From an uncultured Dehalococcoidia bacterium (GTDB lineage: Bacteria; Chloroflexota; Dehalococcoidia; Lucifugimonadales; GCA-2712585), in the NCBI GenBank assembly GCA_958295715.1, contig OY282371.1, positions 1,406,267 through 1,470,266 of the forward strand: a stretch of DNA of 64,000 nucleotides, in the 5' to 3' direction. The notes beneath the pieces are model-generated. The model saw only the letters and a program-made list of their open reading frames with translations. It was not told the DNA's origin and made no database searches. The translations under genes were made by a program, and so were the position numbers. Shown piece after piece: positions 1 through 10,368 of the stretch; positions within the stretch are counted from its first letter, which is position 1, and every line of letters starts with the position of its first letter.

Positions 1-523
1 CTTTTCCGGCTTCCCGCCCTCATTCGCCGGCATTCCCGCCCCCATTCCGTCATTCCCGCGAAGGCGGGAATCCATCTTCCTTACCACGGCTGCGGCAATC
101 CAACGGCGCCGGTAAGAGCCGGCCCCGTTTCTTCACACCCGCGTTAGGGGCACACCTACGGGTGATGCCGGATAGGGGGGCGGTGGCGCACCGTGGGGCC
201 GTTGGCCCAAGCGTAACGGTGGGGAAGGGAGGGGATGGATTCCCGCCTGCGCGGGAATGACGGATAGGGGAGTGGGCGCAGCGGCGTTGTGCTACCAGAG
301 GACGCAGGACCAACCATATTCAAAACTAAGTGGGCACGTGTGCCCATTTCTGTTTTGGGGAGCGTTGGTCCTGCTGGCGCAGGGTTCCTGGATTCCCGCC
401 TGCCCGGGAATGACGGAAGGGGGGCGGGAATGAGGAGGAGGGCGCGGGGATGGCGGGATGGGGCGTGTGGGAATCGCGGGGTGGGGGCAAGTACCGATTA
501 TGTAAAGCCCCCGTAAGGGGGGG
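1..523. repeat. REP/NIME-like intergenic repeat cluster
   Basis: GTCATTCCCGCGAAGGCGGGAATCC at 49-76 (fwd). GGATTCCCGCCTGCGCGGGAATGAC at 237-261 (rev). Degenerate copy at 390-416, and half-units GCGGGAATGA from 425. Symmetric hairpin module at 304-374 (gcaggaccaac..GGGCACgtGTGCCC..gttggtcctgc). ORFs in the track here just translate the repeats (RHSRAGGNPS, DSRLPGNDG). Confidence 0.85.
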
Positions 524-1990
524 TTAGAGGCCCAGGAGAGCAGCGGCGGCGGCTATCAGCCCAGCGACCCGCTCCGGGTCGTCGGCCTCGGCATAGACGC
601 GGACCAGCGGCTCGGTGCCTGAGAACCGGACCATCAGCCACCCGTTGGCGAAGCGGAAACGCAGGCCGTCCACGGCGTCGGTGGAGGCCACCTTCATCCC
701 GCCTATCTCCGTCAGGGCGGCGGCGGCCCGCAGCCTGCCCTCCAACTCCGCCCGGTTCGCGGGGTCAAAGGCGATGTCGCGGCGGTCGTAGCTCCACTCC
801 CCAACCTTCCCGTACAGGTATTGCAGCAGTTCCGAGGGCCTCATCCCCTTGCGAGCCATGAATTCAAGGATGAACAGGCTGCTCAGTATGCCGTCCCGTT
901 CGGGGATATGTCCGCGAAAGCCGTAGCCGCCGCTCTCCTCGCCGCCCATCAGGGCGTTCTCCTTCATCATCAAAGGGCCGGCGTACTTGAAGCCGACCCC
1001 CGTCTCTAGAACGGGGACGCCGTAGATTTGGCCCAGCTTGAACAGCATGTCTGAGGAGGTGATGGACTTGACGATGGGGCCTCTCGCGCCCTTCACGTCC
1101 AGCAGGTAGAGGGCCAGGAGGGCGAAGACCTGGAGGGTGTTGAGATAGCGGCCCTTCTCGTCCACGACGCCTAGCCTGTCGGCGTCGCCATCGTAGGCGA
1201 TGCCCACGTCGGCCTTCCCGTTCGCCACCAGCTTTGAAAGGAGTTGGAGGTTGTCGGCGATGGGTTCGGGCTGCTGCATTCCCGGGAAGGCGGGGTTCAC
1301 CTCGCTTCTGATTTCGGCGACGGGGTCTTTCGCTCCCTCAAGGAGCATGGGCAGATACCCGGCGCCTGAGCCGTGCATGGCGTCGACCACTATGTCCAGC
1401 CCCGAATTTCTGATGGCGTCCAGGTCAACCAGGCGGCCTATCTGCTCCACGTAGGGAGGCGTCGGGTCAATCTCCCTCGCCAGGCCCTGAGCCGCCGCCT
1501 GAGAGAAGGGAATGGAGTTGACCCGGTTCGCGTCAGTTCCAGCGATAAGCTCTTCCAACCGCGCCACAATCTCGGGGGAGGCGCTGCCGCCGTAGTGGGG
1601 CTTGAACTTGAAGCCGTTCCACTGCGGGGGGTTGTGGCTGGCGGTTATCACCGCCGCGCCGCCCGCGTTGTGAACCAGCACGTTGTAGCTCGCCACGGGG
1701 GTGGGACAGGACTCGCGGCAGAGGAGGGTTGGAATGCCGTTGCCGGCGAACACCTGCGCGGCGCAGAGGGCGAACTCCCTGGATGCGAACCTGGTGTCGT
1801 AGGCCACCACCAGTCCCTTGCCGGGCGGGTGGACCTCGCGCGTGTAGCCGGCCACGCCCTGGGCGCAGAGGGCGACGTTCCGGAAGGTGAAGTCGTCGGC
1901 GATAATGGCCCGCCATCCGTCGGTGCCGAATTTGATTGTCACGAGTAAGTCCTCCAGGGTTGTTTGGGCTGTCGAGGGGTATTTTATCAC
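524..1990 (-). CDS. phosphoglucomutase/phosphomannomutase family protein
   Basis: 488-aa ORF. Catalytic Ser loop TASHNPPQWNGFK, metal site YDGDADR, sugar loop GGEESGG. Confidence 0.9.
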   Translation of the reverse strand: MIKYPSTAQTTLEDLLVTIKFGTDGWRAIIADDFTFRNVALCAQGVAGYTREVHPPGKGLVVAYDTRFASREFALCAAQVFAGNGIPTLLCRESCPTPVASYNVLVHNAGGAAVITASHNPPQWNGFKFKPHYGGSASPEIVARLEELIAGTDANRVNSIPFSQAAAQGLAREIDPTPPYVEQIGRLVDLDAIRNSGLDIVVDAMHGSGAGYLPMLLEGAKDPVAEIRSEVNPAFPGMQQPEPIADNLQLLSKLVANGKADVGIAYDGDADRLGVVDEKGRYLNTLQVFALLALYLLDVKGARGPIVKSITSSDMLFKLGQIYGVPVLETGVGFKYAGPLMMKENALMGGEESGGYGFRGHIPERDGILSSLFILEFMARKGMRPSELLQYLYGKVGEWSYDRRDIAFDPANRAELEGRLRAAAALTEIGGMKVASTDAVDGLRFRFANGWLMVRFSGTEPLVRVYAEADDPERVAGLIAAAAALLGL

Positions 1991-2017
1991 CTGTCGGGGC
2001 GTCGCGGCCCGTATTTC

Positions 2018-2046
2018 TGGACACGGCGGCGGCGGCGTACTAGGAT
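2018..2046 (+). promoter_or_regulatory. candidate sigma70-type promoter (TGGACA-17-TAGGAT)
   Basis: Hexamers at 2018-2023 and 2041-2046 with a 17-nt spacer, about 45 nt upstream of the 2092 ATG. AAGGAG RBS at 2082-2087. Confidence 0.3.
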
Positions 2047-2091
2047 GTAAGCCGCTAGAGACGAATAAATCTGAAACGATAAGGAGATTGC

Positions 2092-3729
2092 ATGAAAGGC
2101 GCGGACGCGGTGGCCAGGATTCTGAAGCAGGAGGGCGTTGAGTTCATGGGCTGCATACCCTACAACACCCTGGAGGAGGCCGCGGCGGTGGCGGGCATCA
2201 GGCCCATCATCTTCAGGCAGGAGCGAGTGGGGGTGAACCTGGCCGACGGGTACAGCCGGGTCACCAACGGCCGCGGGACGGGGGTGTTCACGATGCAGGC
2301 AGGCCCCGGGGCTGAGAACGCCTTCGCCGGGGTGGCCCAGGCCTACGCCGACTCGGCGCCCATACTTCTGCTTCCGGCCTCGGCGGGGCTGGACCGGGCC
2401 GGGGTGCGCCCGACCTTCAGCCCTTCCCAAAGCTATCGCGAGGTCACAAAGTGGTCCGAGCGCGTCAACCTGGTGGAGCGCATCCCGGAGATGATGCGGC
2501 GGGCCTTCAGCCAGTTGCGGTCCGGCAGGCCCAGCCCGGTGCTGCTGGAGCTTCCCACGGACATCCTGGGCGGAGACCTGCCGGAGTCGGCCTTGAATTA
2601 CCGGCCTGTGAAACGGTTCCGGGCGGCGGGTGACCCCCAGGAGGTGAGGGAGGCGGCCAAGGCCCTGACGCGGGCAAAGCGTCCCGTCATCCACGCCGGC
2701 CAGGGGGTGCTGTACGCCGAGGCGTGGAGGGAGTTGATAACCTTGGCGGAGCTTCTCCAGGCCCCGGTGATGACCACCCTGTCGGGCAAGAGCGCCTTCC
2801 CCGAAAACCACCCCCTGGCCCTGGGTACGGGCGGGGCCACCACAACGGGGCCGGTTGTCCACTTCCTCAAGCGCGCCGACGTGGTTCTGGGCATCGGGTG
2901 CAGCTTCACCAGGACCCATTTCGGGGTGGACGTGCCGCCGGGCAAGCTGATGATTCATTCCACCAACGATGACTCCGACATCAACAAGGACTACTCTATT
3001 GACCACGCCATTTGGGGCGACGCCAAGCCGGTCCTGACCCAACTCATTGAGGAGGTGAAGGCCCTGACCGGGGCCAGTGAGGATGGCGAGGCGGCCAAGG
3101 AGGTGAGGGCGGTTAAGGAGGAGTGGCTGCGGGAGTGGATGCCGAAGCTGACCTCCGACGAGACGCCCATCAACCCCTACCGGGTGATATGGGACCTGGC
3201 CCAGGCCATAGACAGGAAGCAGGCGGTGGTGACCCACGACTCCGGCAGCCCCCGCGACCAGATGATTCCCTTCTTCGAGGCCGTGTCTCCCAGGGGGTTC
3301 ATCGGGTGGGGGAAGTCAACCCAGCTTGGATACGGCTTGGGGCTGGCAATGGGGGCCAAGATGGCGGCCCCGGAGAAGCTGGCGGTGAACGTGATGGGCG
3401 ACTACGCCTTCGGGATGGTGGGGCTGGACGTCGAGACGGCGGTGCGCGAGCGTATCCCGCTGCTGACCATAGTTATGAACAACTCGGCCATGGGCATCTA
3501 CGACTCGGACAGGTTCCCGGTGGCCAACGAGCGGTACGGCACCAAGTATCTCACGGGGAACTACGCTGAGGTGGCCGCGGCCCTGGGTGGGTACAACGAG
3601 CGGGTGGAGTCTCCAAGTGAGATCATTCCGGCCATCGGCAGGGCGCGGCAGGCTATCGCGGCGGGGCAGCCCGCTCTGCTGGAGATAATCACCAGGGAGG
3701 AGCGCGCCTTCTCCCACAAGGACCGTTGA
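2092..3729 (+). CDS. thiamine-diphosphate-dependent enzyme (acetolactate synthase-like family)
   Basis: 545 aa. N-terminal TPP-pyrimidine-binding pattern (GADAVARILKQEGVEF..GYSR). C-terminal TPP motif GDYAF..(N27)..NN. Confidence 0.8.
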   Translation: MKGADAVARILKQEGVEFMGCIPYNTLEEAAAVAGIRPIIFRQERVGVNLADGYSRVTNGRGTGVFTMQAGPGAENAFAGVAQAYADSAPILLLPASAGLDRAGVRPTFSPSQSYREVTKWSERVNLVERIPEMMRRAFSQLRSGRPSPVLLELPTDILGGDLPESALNYRPVKRFRAAGDPQEVREAAKALTRAKRPVIHAGQGVLYAEAWRELITLAELLQAPVMTTLSGKSAFPENHPLALGTGGATTTGPVVHFLKRADVVLGIGCSFTRTHFGVDVPPGKLMIHSTNDDSDINKDYSIDHAIWGDAKPVLTQLIEEVKALTGASEDGEAAKEVRAVKEEWLREWMPKLTSDETPINPYRVIWDLAQAIDRKQAVVTHDSGSPRDQMIPFFEAVSPRGFIGWGKSTQLGYGLGLAMGAKMAAPEKLAVNVMGDYAFGMVGLDVETAVRERIPLLTIVMNNSAMGIYDSDRFPVANERYGTKYLTGNYAEVAAALGGYNERVESPSEIIPAIGRARQAIAAGQPALLEIITREERAFSHKDR

Positions 3730-3765
3730 ACCGCAACCAGAATCGGAGATAGGGGAGAGCGGCTT

Positions 3766-5154
3766 ATGTCAACCACCGTCATAACCAATGCGACTATTGT
3801 GACCTGCGACCCGGCCCGGACCGTCCTTCATGACAGCGCCATCGCCATCGCCGGCGGGCGAATCGCGGCGGTGGGGGCCGCGGCGTCGGAGGCGGCCCAG
3901 GTTCCAGGCGCGCGGGTGGTGGACGGCCGCGGCAAGGCGGTGTTTCCCGGGCTCATCAACTGTCACGCCCACCTCACGGCCAACCTGTTCAGGGGGATAG
4001 CCGAGGACTTTGGCTTCCCCTCCAGCTTCAGCTTCCCGGAGGACCCGCGCGACATGGTCTCCGACGAGGAGACGGTTGTCATGGCCCTGCTTGGGGCCAT
4101 CGAGTGCGCCCGGACCGGGTCCACCACCACCGTTGAGATAGCCGGGGGGATAGACCGGTACGCCGAGGACCTGTCGCGCACGGGGCTGCGGTGGGTCTTG
4201 GCGGAGAACACCGGCGACGGTATTGTGGAGCCGACCTTCCGCGCCGGGGAGCCGGTGTTCTCCTACTCGGAGGCGCGGCGGGAGGAGGACCTGGAGCGCG
4301 CCGGCCGCCTCTTTGAAGGGTGGCACGGCGGGAAGTCGGACAGGATAACGTGCATGGGTTCCACCAGCTTGGTGGAGACCAGTTCCCCCGCCCTGCTGCG
4401 CGGGGTGCGGGAGCTGGCCGAGAAGCACGACAGCAGGTATACGATTCACTTGAACCAGAGCCGCCTTGAGGTGGAATCGCTTACGCTTATGCGGGGCGTC
4501 CGTCCGACCCAGAGCCTTTTCCACAACGACTACCTGGGCCCGCGGCTGTTGGCGGCCCACTGCCGCTTCCTAGACCCGTCGGAGATATCGCTGCTGGGGA
4601 CGACGCGTTCCAACATCGCCCACCAGCCGGCCATGGCCGCGCGGCGGGCCGTGATTCCCCCCATTCCCGCCCTCAGGGACGCCGGATGCGTCATTGGCAT
4701 GGGCACGGACAACAACACGCAGGACATGGTGGAGGTGATGCGGACGGGGCTGTTCACCGAGCGGATACTGCGGCAGGACGGGACGAACCCACAGCCGGAG
4801 GACGTTCTTCAGATGACCACCATGGGAAGCGCGCGGGCCATCGGCATGGCCGGCGAAATCGGCTCTTTGGAGGTGGGCAAGAAGGCCGACCTGATGATTG
4901 TGAACGCGCGGCGGTCTAACCTGGCCCCGACCACGCGGATAGTCTCGGCCTTTGTCCACAACGGCCAACCCAGCGACATAGAGTCGGTGATGGTTGACGG
5001 GGAGTTCGTGATGCGGGACGGGAAGGTCCTCACCATTGACGAGGAGGCGGTTATAGAGGCGGCGGATGAGATTGGCCGCCGGGTCTGGCGGCGTCTGGTC
5101 GACAGGTACCCCAACGTGCCCTTCCCCGTGACGCTGCCGCCGGGGGGATGTTAG
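3766..5154 (+). CDS. amidohydrolase-1 family protein (chlorohydrolase/aminohydrolase-like)
   Basis: 462 aa. PGLINCHAHL (HxH metal ligands), later GMGTDNN. Resembles MTA/SAH-, guanine- or atrazine-type deaminases. Substrate is not inferable. Confidence 0.75.
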   Translation: MSTTVITNATIVTCDPARTVLHDSAIAIAGGRIAAVGAAASEAAQVPGARVVDGRGKAVFPGLINCHAHLTANLFRGIAEDFGFPSSFSFPEDPRDMVSDEETVVMALLGAIECARTGSTTTVEIAGGIDRYAEDLSRTGLRWVLAENTGDGIVEPTFRAGEPVFSYSEARREEDLERAGRLFEGWHGGKSDRITCMGSTSLVETSSPALLRGVRELAEKHDSRYTIHLNQSRLEVESLTLMRGVRPTQSLFHNDYLGPRLLAAHCRFLDPSEISLLGTTRSNIAHQPAMAARRAVIPPIPALRDAGCVIGMGTDNNTQDMVEVMRTGLFTERILRQDGTNPQPEDVLQMTTMGSARAIGMAGEIGSLEVGKKADLMIVNARRSNLAPTTRIVSAFVHNGQPSDIESVMVDGEFVMRDGKVLTIDEEAVIEAADEIGRRVWRRLVDRYPNVPFPVTLPPGGC

Positions 5155-5807
5155 CCGGCCAGGGCAGGTTCCGGGGAGAGGGGGTTGGAGACGCCTATCA
5201 TGCTGTCTCTGGTGACGAGTTTGGCCAAGGCCGCCTCATCAAGGCCGTCGGAGCCGCGGGGACGCATGGGCAGGACCAGATACCGGATGTCGGCGGCGCT
5301 GTCCAGGACCCTGACCTCTACGTCGTCATCCAACTCTAGGCCGAACTCCCGCATGACGCCGCGGGGGTCCGACACGGCGCGGGAGCGGTAGGCCAGGCTC
5401 TTGTACCAGTCGGGCGGGCGTCCCAGGAGCCAGGTGGGGTAGCAGGAGCAGAGGGTGCAGACGACCAGATGATGGGCCTTGCCGGTGTTCTCGGCGACGA
5501 CCACGTCGGGCAGGGATGCGGCGGCCTCGTATCCGAGTTCGGCCAGGGCCGCCTTGGCGTCAAGGAGGAGCCGGGCCTTGAAGTCCGGGTCCACCCAGGC
5601 GCGGGCCACCGCCTTGGCGCCGTCGGCGGGCGAGCGCGACTCGGCGGCGTCAACGGCCCTCTGAATCTCGCCGGGGGCGCAGACGCCCTTCTCAACGAGC
5701 AGGGCTTCAATGGCCTTGACTCGCAGGGCGTGGAGTCCCGGCTCCACGTCTTGGGAGACGCCGGGATGGCCGGAGCCGTGGTCGTGGGGGTGGTCGTGGC
5801 TGCTCAT
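5151..5807 (-). CDS. nitrile hydratase alpha subunit (Co-type CTLCSC centre)
   Basis: 218 aa. VVCTLCSCYPTWLLGRPPDWYKSLAYRSRAV metal-binding claw, then DPRGVMREFG..RYLVLP..TRDSMIGV. ATGA overlap with the upstream gene. Confidence 0.9.
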   Translation of the reverse strand: MSSHDHPHDHGSGHPGVSQDVEPGLHALRVKAIEALLVEKGVCAPGEIQRAVDAAESRSPADGAKAVARAWVDPDFKARLLLDAKAALAELGYEAAASLPDVVVAENTGKAHHLVVCTLCSCYPTWLLGRPPDWYKSLAYRSRAVSDPRGVMREFGLELDDDVEVRVLDSAADIRYLVLPMRPRGSDGLDEAALAKLVTRDSMIGVSNPLSPEPALAG

Positions 5808-6151
5808 GGGCTGCTCCTTTCGTCCTGAGTGGAGACCTTCGCAGGGGCATCGGAGGCGGGTTCAAGCCAGTGTTCAAAAACGTCGGCCAGCAGCTTATCG
5901 GAGCGTGGGCCAGAGTAGTCTTCCCACAGTTCGGACTGGTTGAACCTGACCAGGTACAGGGGTTGGGGCGGGAGGCCGGAGGCCCCGTACGCCAGGGACT
6001 CCGGGTTGAGATAGGGGCCGTGGAGCCTTTCCACGACGCCGGTCTTGCCCTGGATGTACCACGGGGTGCGGTGGTGGCCACGCACGTTAAGGCTGAGAAC
6101 CCGGACGCGGTCGCCCGGCTGGAATCTAGGGGTCGCGGCGGGGCCGGGCAT
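5804..6151 (-). CDS. nitrile hydratase beta subunit, C-terminal (SH3-like) half as a separate ORF
   Basis: 115 aa. FQPGDRVRV..RGHHRTPWYIQGKTGVVERLHG, typical of the NHase beta C-terminal barrel. Its start overlaps the stop of the upstream ORF (TGATG). Confidence 0.8.
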   Translation of the reverse strand: MPGPAATPRFQPGDRVRVLSLNVRGHHRTPWYIQGKTGVVERLHGPYLNPESLAYGASGLPPQPLYLVRFNQSELWEDYSGPRSDKLLADVFEHWLEPASDAPAKVSTQDERSSP

Positions 6152-6453
6152 CAGACGTTCCCGCCCTCAAAGTCCGCCATTTTGCGGTCTATCTCATCGG
6201 CGGCGAGGACGCCCTTCTCTATCAGAAGGGACTCTATAGACTCGGCCCACCTTTCGAAGTAGCCAAGGGTCTCGTAGCGGCCGGGGGCTATGGCTTCGAT
6301 GCCACGGCGCAGTTCGTCGCTGCTCAGGAGGCCCTTCTGCCCCAGTACTTGCCTGATGGCGTTGAGGCGTATCTCCCAGTCCATCGGCGGGTGGTCGTTC
6401 ATGTCTATCGCCTCGCCGGTGGGCCATCCACCGCGGTCGTGAACCTTTGGCAT
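6151..6453 (-). CDS. nitrile hydratase beta subunit, N-terminal half as a separate ORF
   Basis: Start moved to ATG 6453 (MPKVHDRGGWP, matching the M..HD.GG start of NHase beta) with a GGAGGA RBS 7 nt upstream. 100 aa. The track ORF start at 6537 would overlap metK. Confidence 0.75.
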   Translation of the reverse strand: MPKVHDRGGWPTGEAIDMNDHPPMDWEIRLNAIRQVLGQKGLLSSDELRRGIEAIAPGRYETLGYFERWAESIESLLIEKGVLAADEIDRKMADFEGGNV

Positions 6454-6476
6454 CGGCTTATCCTCCAATGGCGAGT

Positions 6477-7706
6477 CTACCGTCCATCCAACCCGGCGTC
6501 GGAGCGCAGGGCCTGGGCCTTGTCCGTCCTCTCCCAAGGAAGGTCCAACTCCTCGCGTCCGAAGTGGCCGTAGGCGGCGAGGTTTCCGTAGATGGGCCTC
6601 CGCAGGTCAAGGTCCCGGATGATGGCGGCAGGCCGGAGGTCGAACCGCTTGAGGACCAGTTCCTGGATGAGGTCGTCGGAGACCTTGGCCGTCCCGAAGG
6701 TCTCCACGCTTACGGAGATGGGGCGGGCCACGCCGATGGCGTAGGAGACCTGCACCTCGGCCCTCTCGGCCAGGCCGGCGGCGACGATGTTCTTGGCCAC
6801 GTAGCGGGCGGCGTAGGCCCCGGAGCGGTCAACCTTGGTGGGGTCCTTGCCTGAGAAGGCCCCTCCGCCGTGGCGCGCCAAGCCGCCATAGGTGTCAACC
6901 AGAATCTTCCTGCCGGTCAAGCCCGTGTCGGCGGCGGGGCCTCCGGAAACGAACCTGCCGCTGGGGTTGACGAATATCTTGGTGTCTTCGTCCATCAGAT
7001 GAGGAGGCGCGACCTCCTTGATGACCCTCTCGATGACGTCGCGCTCCAGGACGTGGGGTTCCACCTCGGCGGGGTGCTGGGCGCTGACCACCACCGCGTC
7101 AATGCGCTTGGGCGTCCCGTAGGAGTACTCCACCGTGACCTGGGACTTGCCATCGGGCCAGAGGTAGGGGATTATGCCCTCCTTGCGGACAAGGGCCAGG
7201 CGCTGGCACAGCCGGTGGGACAGGGCGATGGGAAGGGGCATCATCTCAGGGGTCTCGCTGCAAGCGAAACCGACCATCATGCCCTGGTCGCCGGCGCCGA
7301 TGAGGTCCAGGTTAGGGCCGTTCCCGCCGGAGGCGTCGTCGCTGCGGACCTCAAGGGCCTGGCTCACGGCCATGTCAATGTCCTTGGACTGCTCCTGAAT
7401 GGAGACCATGACGCCGCAGCTCTTGTAGTCAATGCCGCGCTCCGAGGCGGTGTAGCCGGCCCTCCTCAGGGTCTCCCTAACGACGGCCGGCACGTCCACG
7501 TAGGCGCTGGTGGTAATCTCGCCCATGACCACCACGAGGCCGTTAGTCGTGCAGGCCTCGCAGGCGATCCGGGCGTGGGGGTCCTCGGTGAGTATCCTAT
7601 CGACGATTGTGTCGGATATCTGGTCGCACAGCTTGTCGGGGTGCCCCTCGGTGACGGACTCCGAGGTGAGTAGGTAGTGAGATGAGTTCATGAATGCGGT
7701 GGACAA
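6477..7706 (-). CDS. metK: S-adenosylmethionine synthetase
   Basis: 409 aa. [48 protein letters not shown] start 9 nt after AAGGAG. Confidence 0.95.
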   Translation of the reverse strand: MSTAFMNSSHYLLTSESVTEGHPDKLCDQISDTIVDRILTEDPHARIACEACTTNGLVVVMGEITTSAYVDVPAVVRETLRRAGYTASERGIDYKSCGVMVSIQEQSKDIDMAVSQALEVRSDDASGGNGPNLDLIGAGDQGMMVGFACSETPEMMPLPIALSHRLCQRLALVRKEGIIPYLWPDGKSQVTVEYSYGTPKRIDAVVVSAQHPAEVEPHVLERDVIERVIKEVAPPHLMDEDTKIFVNPSGRFVSGGPAADTGLTGRKILVDTYGGLARHGGGAFSGKDPTKVDRSGAYAARYVAKNIVAAGLAERAEVQVSYAIGVARPISVSVETFGTAKVSDDLIQELVLKRFDLRPAAIIRDLDLRRPIYGNLAAYGHFGREELDLPWERTDKAQALRSDAGLDGR

Positions 7707-7736
7707 TTGGATGATCTCCTTGTTTGGATTAGGCGC

Positions 7737-9005
<1,269 letters not shown>

Positions 9006-9989
9006 TTAGTTGCTCCTTATATGCGCTTCACGGCGGGCGTCGTTGCCCTTGCGCCATGGCAGGGTCTCCCCGGGCTTGAGGCCGTCGAAGCGGGTTATGT
9101 CAATAAAGGCGTTAAATCTTTCAACCAGTTGGGAATAGGTGATGGAGGCGAGCCTGCCAACGCTGAACTCCTCCACGACAAAGGAACCCATCACGGATCC
9201 CAAGACCAGCGCGCGGCGAAAGGCCCCGGGGCTGAGGTCGCCGGCGGCGGCCAGACAGCCCATGAACCCGCCAGCGAAGGTGTCGCCGGCCCCGGTGGGG
9301 TCGACAACCCGCTCCAGGGGAAAGGCGGGCGCTACGAAAACGGCGTCTCCGGTCAGCATCAGGGCGCCGTACTCCCCCCGCTTGGCGATGACGGCGGTTG
9401 GGCCCATGTTTAGGATGACGCCGGCGGCCCTCAGCAGGTTGGACTCTTGGGCAAAGGCCCGGACCTCTCCTTGGTCCATGAACACGACGTCAACCCGCTT
9501 CAGGACCTCCGCAAGGACATCCCGCTTGCCCTGAATCCATACGTCTATGGTGTCGGCGGCCACCAGCTTGGGCCGGGCATCCATCTGGCTCAGGACGTGG
9601 AGTTGAAGGGCCGGGTCGCTGTTGGCCAGGAATAGGTAGTCGGCGCGTCTCTGTTCCCGCGTGAGGGTTGGCGTGAAGCCGTCGGACACGTTGAGTTGAA
9701 GGTCCAGGGTCTCCCGCAGATTGGCGTCCTCGCTGCTGTATCTGCCCGACCAGCGAAAGGTCCTCCCGTTGACGGTCTTCAGGCCGGAGGCGTCGATGCC
9801 GTGGTTATCTAGGAGGACGCGGTCTTCCTCCCTAAAGTCCTCGCCCACCACGCCGACGATGGCCACCTGGGTGAAGCAACTGGCGGCGATGGAGAAGAAG
9901 GTGAGGGAGCCGCCCAGGACGTTGGTTGCGGAGGCGTCAGGGGTGAACACGGTGTCGTAGCCCACGGAGCCAACAGCCAGGACGCTCAC
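9006..9989 (-). CDS. PfkB-family carbohydrate/nucleoside kinase (adenosine-kinase-like by context)
   Basis: GTG start at 9989, 7 nt after a GAGG RBS and 11 nt after the rhodanese stop. PfkB signature DPTGAGDTFAGGF. The 5' 468 nt of the 483-aa track ORF overlap the rhodanese gene in another frame and are rejected. Confidence 0.8.
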   Translation of the reverse strand: MSVLAVGSVGYDTVFTPDASATNVLGGSLTFFSIAASCFTQVAIVGVVGEDFREEDRVLLDNHGIDASGLKTVNGRTFRWSGRYSSEDANLRETLDLQLNVSDGFTPTLTREQRRADYLFLANSDPALQLHVLSQMDARPKLVAADTIDVWIQGKRDVLAEVLKRVDVVFMDQGEVRAFAQESNLLRAAGVILNMGPTAVIAKRGEYGALMLTGDAVFVAPAFPLERVVDPTGAGDTFAGGFMGCLAAAGDLSPGAFRRALVLGSVMGSFVVEEFSVGRLASITYSQLVERFNAFIDITRFDGLKPGETLPWRKGNDARREAHIRSN

Positions 9990-9999
9990 GGCCGCCTCG

Positions 10000-10353
10000 T
10001 TACTCTCCGTAGTCCGTGGGGAGGTTGTGCTCAATCCAGGCGGGGGAGCCGTCCTCAATGTTGTAGAGGTTCTCCGGGGCGAATCCCAGAGAGGCGGCCA
10101 TCTCGCAGGCCAGGCCGCTGCGGACCCCGGCGGCGCAGATGAAGAGGAGCTTCTTGTCGTTGGGCAGCTCGTCAATCCTGTCCAACAGGTCGTCCACCGG
10201 GATATGAATGGCGCCGGCGGCGTGACCCGTGACCCACTCGTCGAGGCGGCGCACGTCCACCACCACGGCGGCAGCCCCCTCCCTGTCCAGGATGGCCTTG
10301 GCCTCGGGCGAATCGACCCTGTAGTAGGGTTCTCCGGGTTCTTGTCTAGGCAT
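10000..10353 (-). CDS. single-domain rhodanese sulfurtransferase
   Basis: 117 aa. Active-site loop CAAGVRS preceded by VVDVRRLDEW. Confidence 0.85.
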   Translation of the reverse strand: MPRQEPGEPYYRVDSPEAKAILDREGAAAVVVDVRRLDEWVTGHAAGAIHIPVDDLLDRIDELPNDKKLLFICAAGVRSGLACEMAASLGFAPENLYNIEDGSPAWIEHNLPTDYGE

Positions 10354-10368
10354 GATGGACCTCCTGGT

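Noticed and set aside
1987-3237. Long antisense or alternative-frame ORFs opposite well-supported genes (e.g. 1987-3237, 11210-12304, 12521-13279, 20729-21841, 45881-46915, 46981-48165, 52194-53735, 53687-54946, 55907-57154, 62733-63641).
   Set aside because: These are typical shadow ORFs of a high-GC genome. They are Arg/Pro/Gly/His-rich and low-complexity, have no family motifs, and each fully overlaps a gene with strong homology-type evidence on the other strand or frame.
6454-6537. 5' extensions of several track ORFs: 6454-6537, 17125-17196, 23521-23691, 30276-30314, 33693-33854, 41586-41681, 41847-42155, 51214-51696, 51966-52175.
   Set aside because: Family-typical N-termini, RBS positions, or overlaps with the upstream gene or repeats indicate the internal starts listed in the features.
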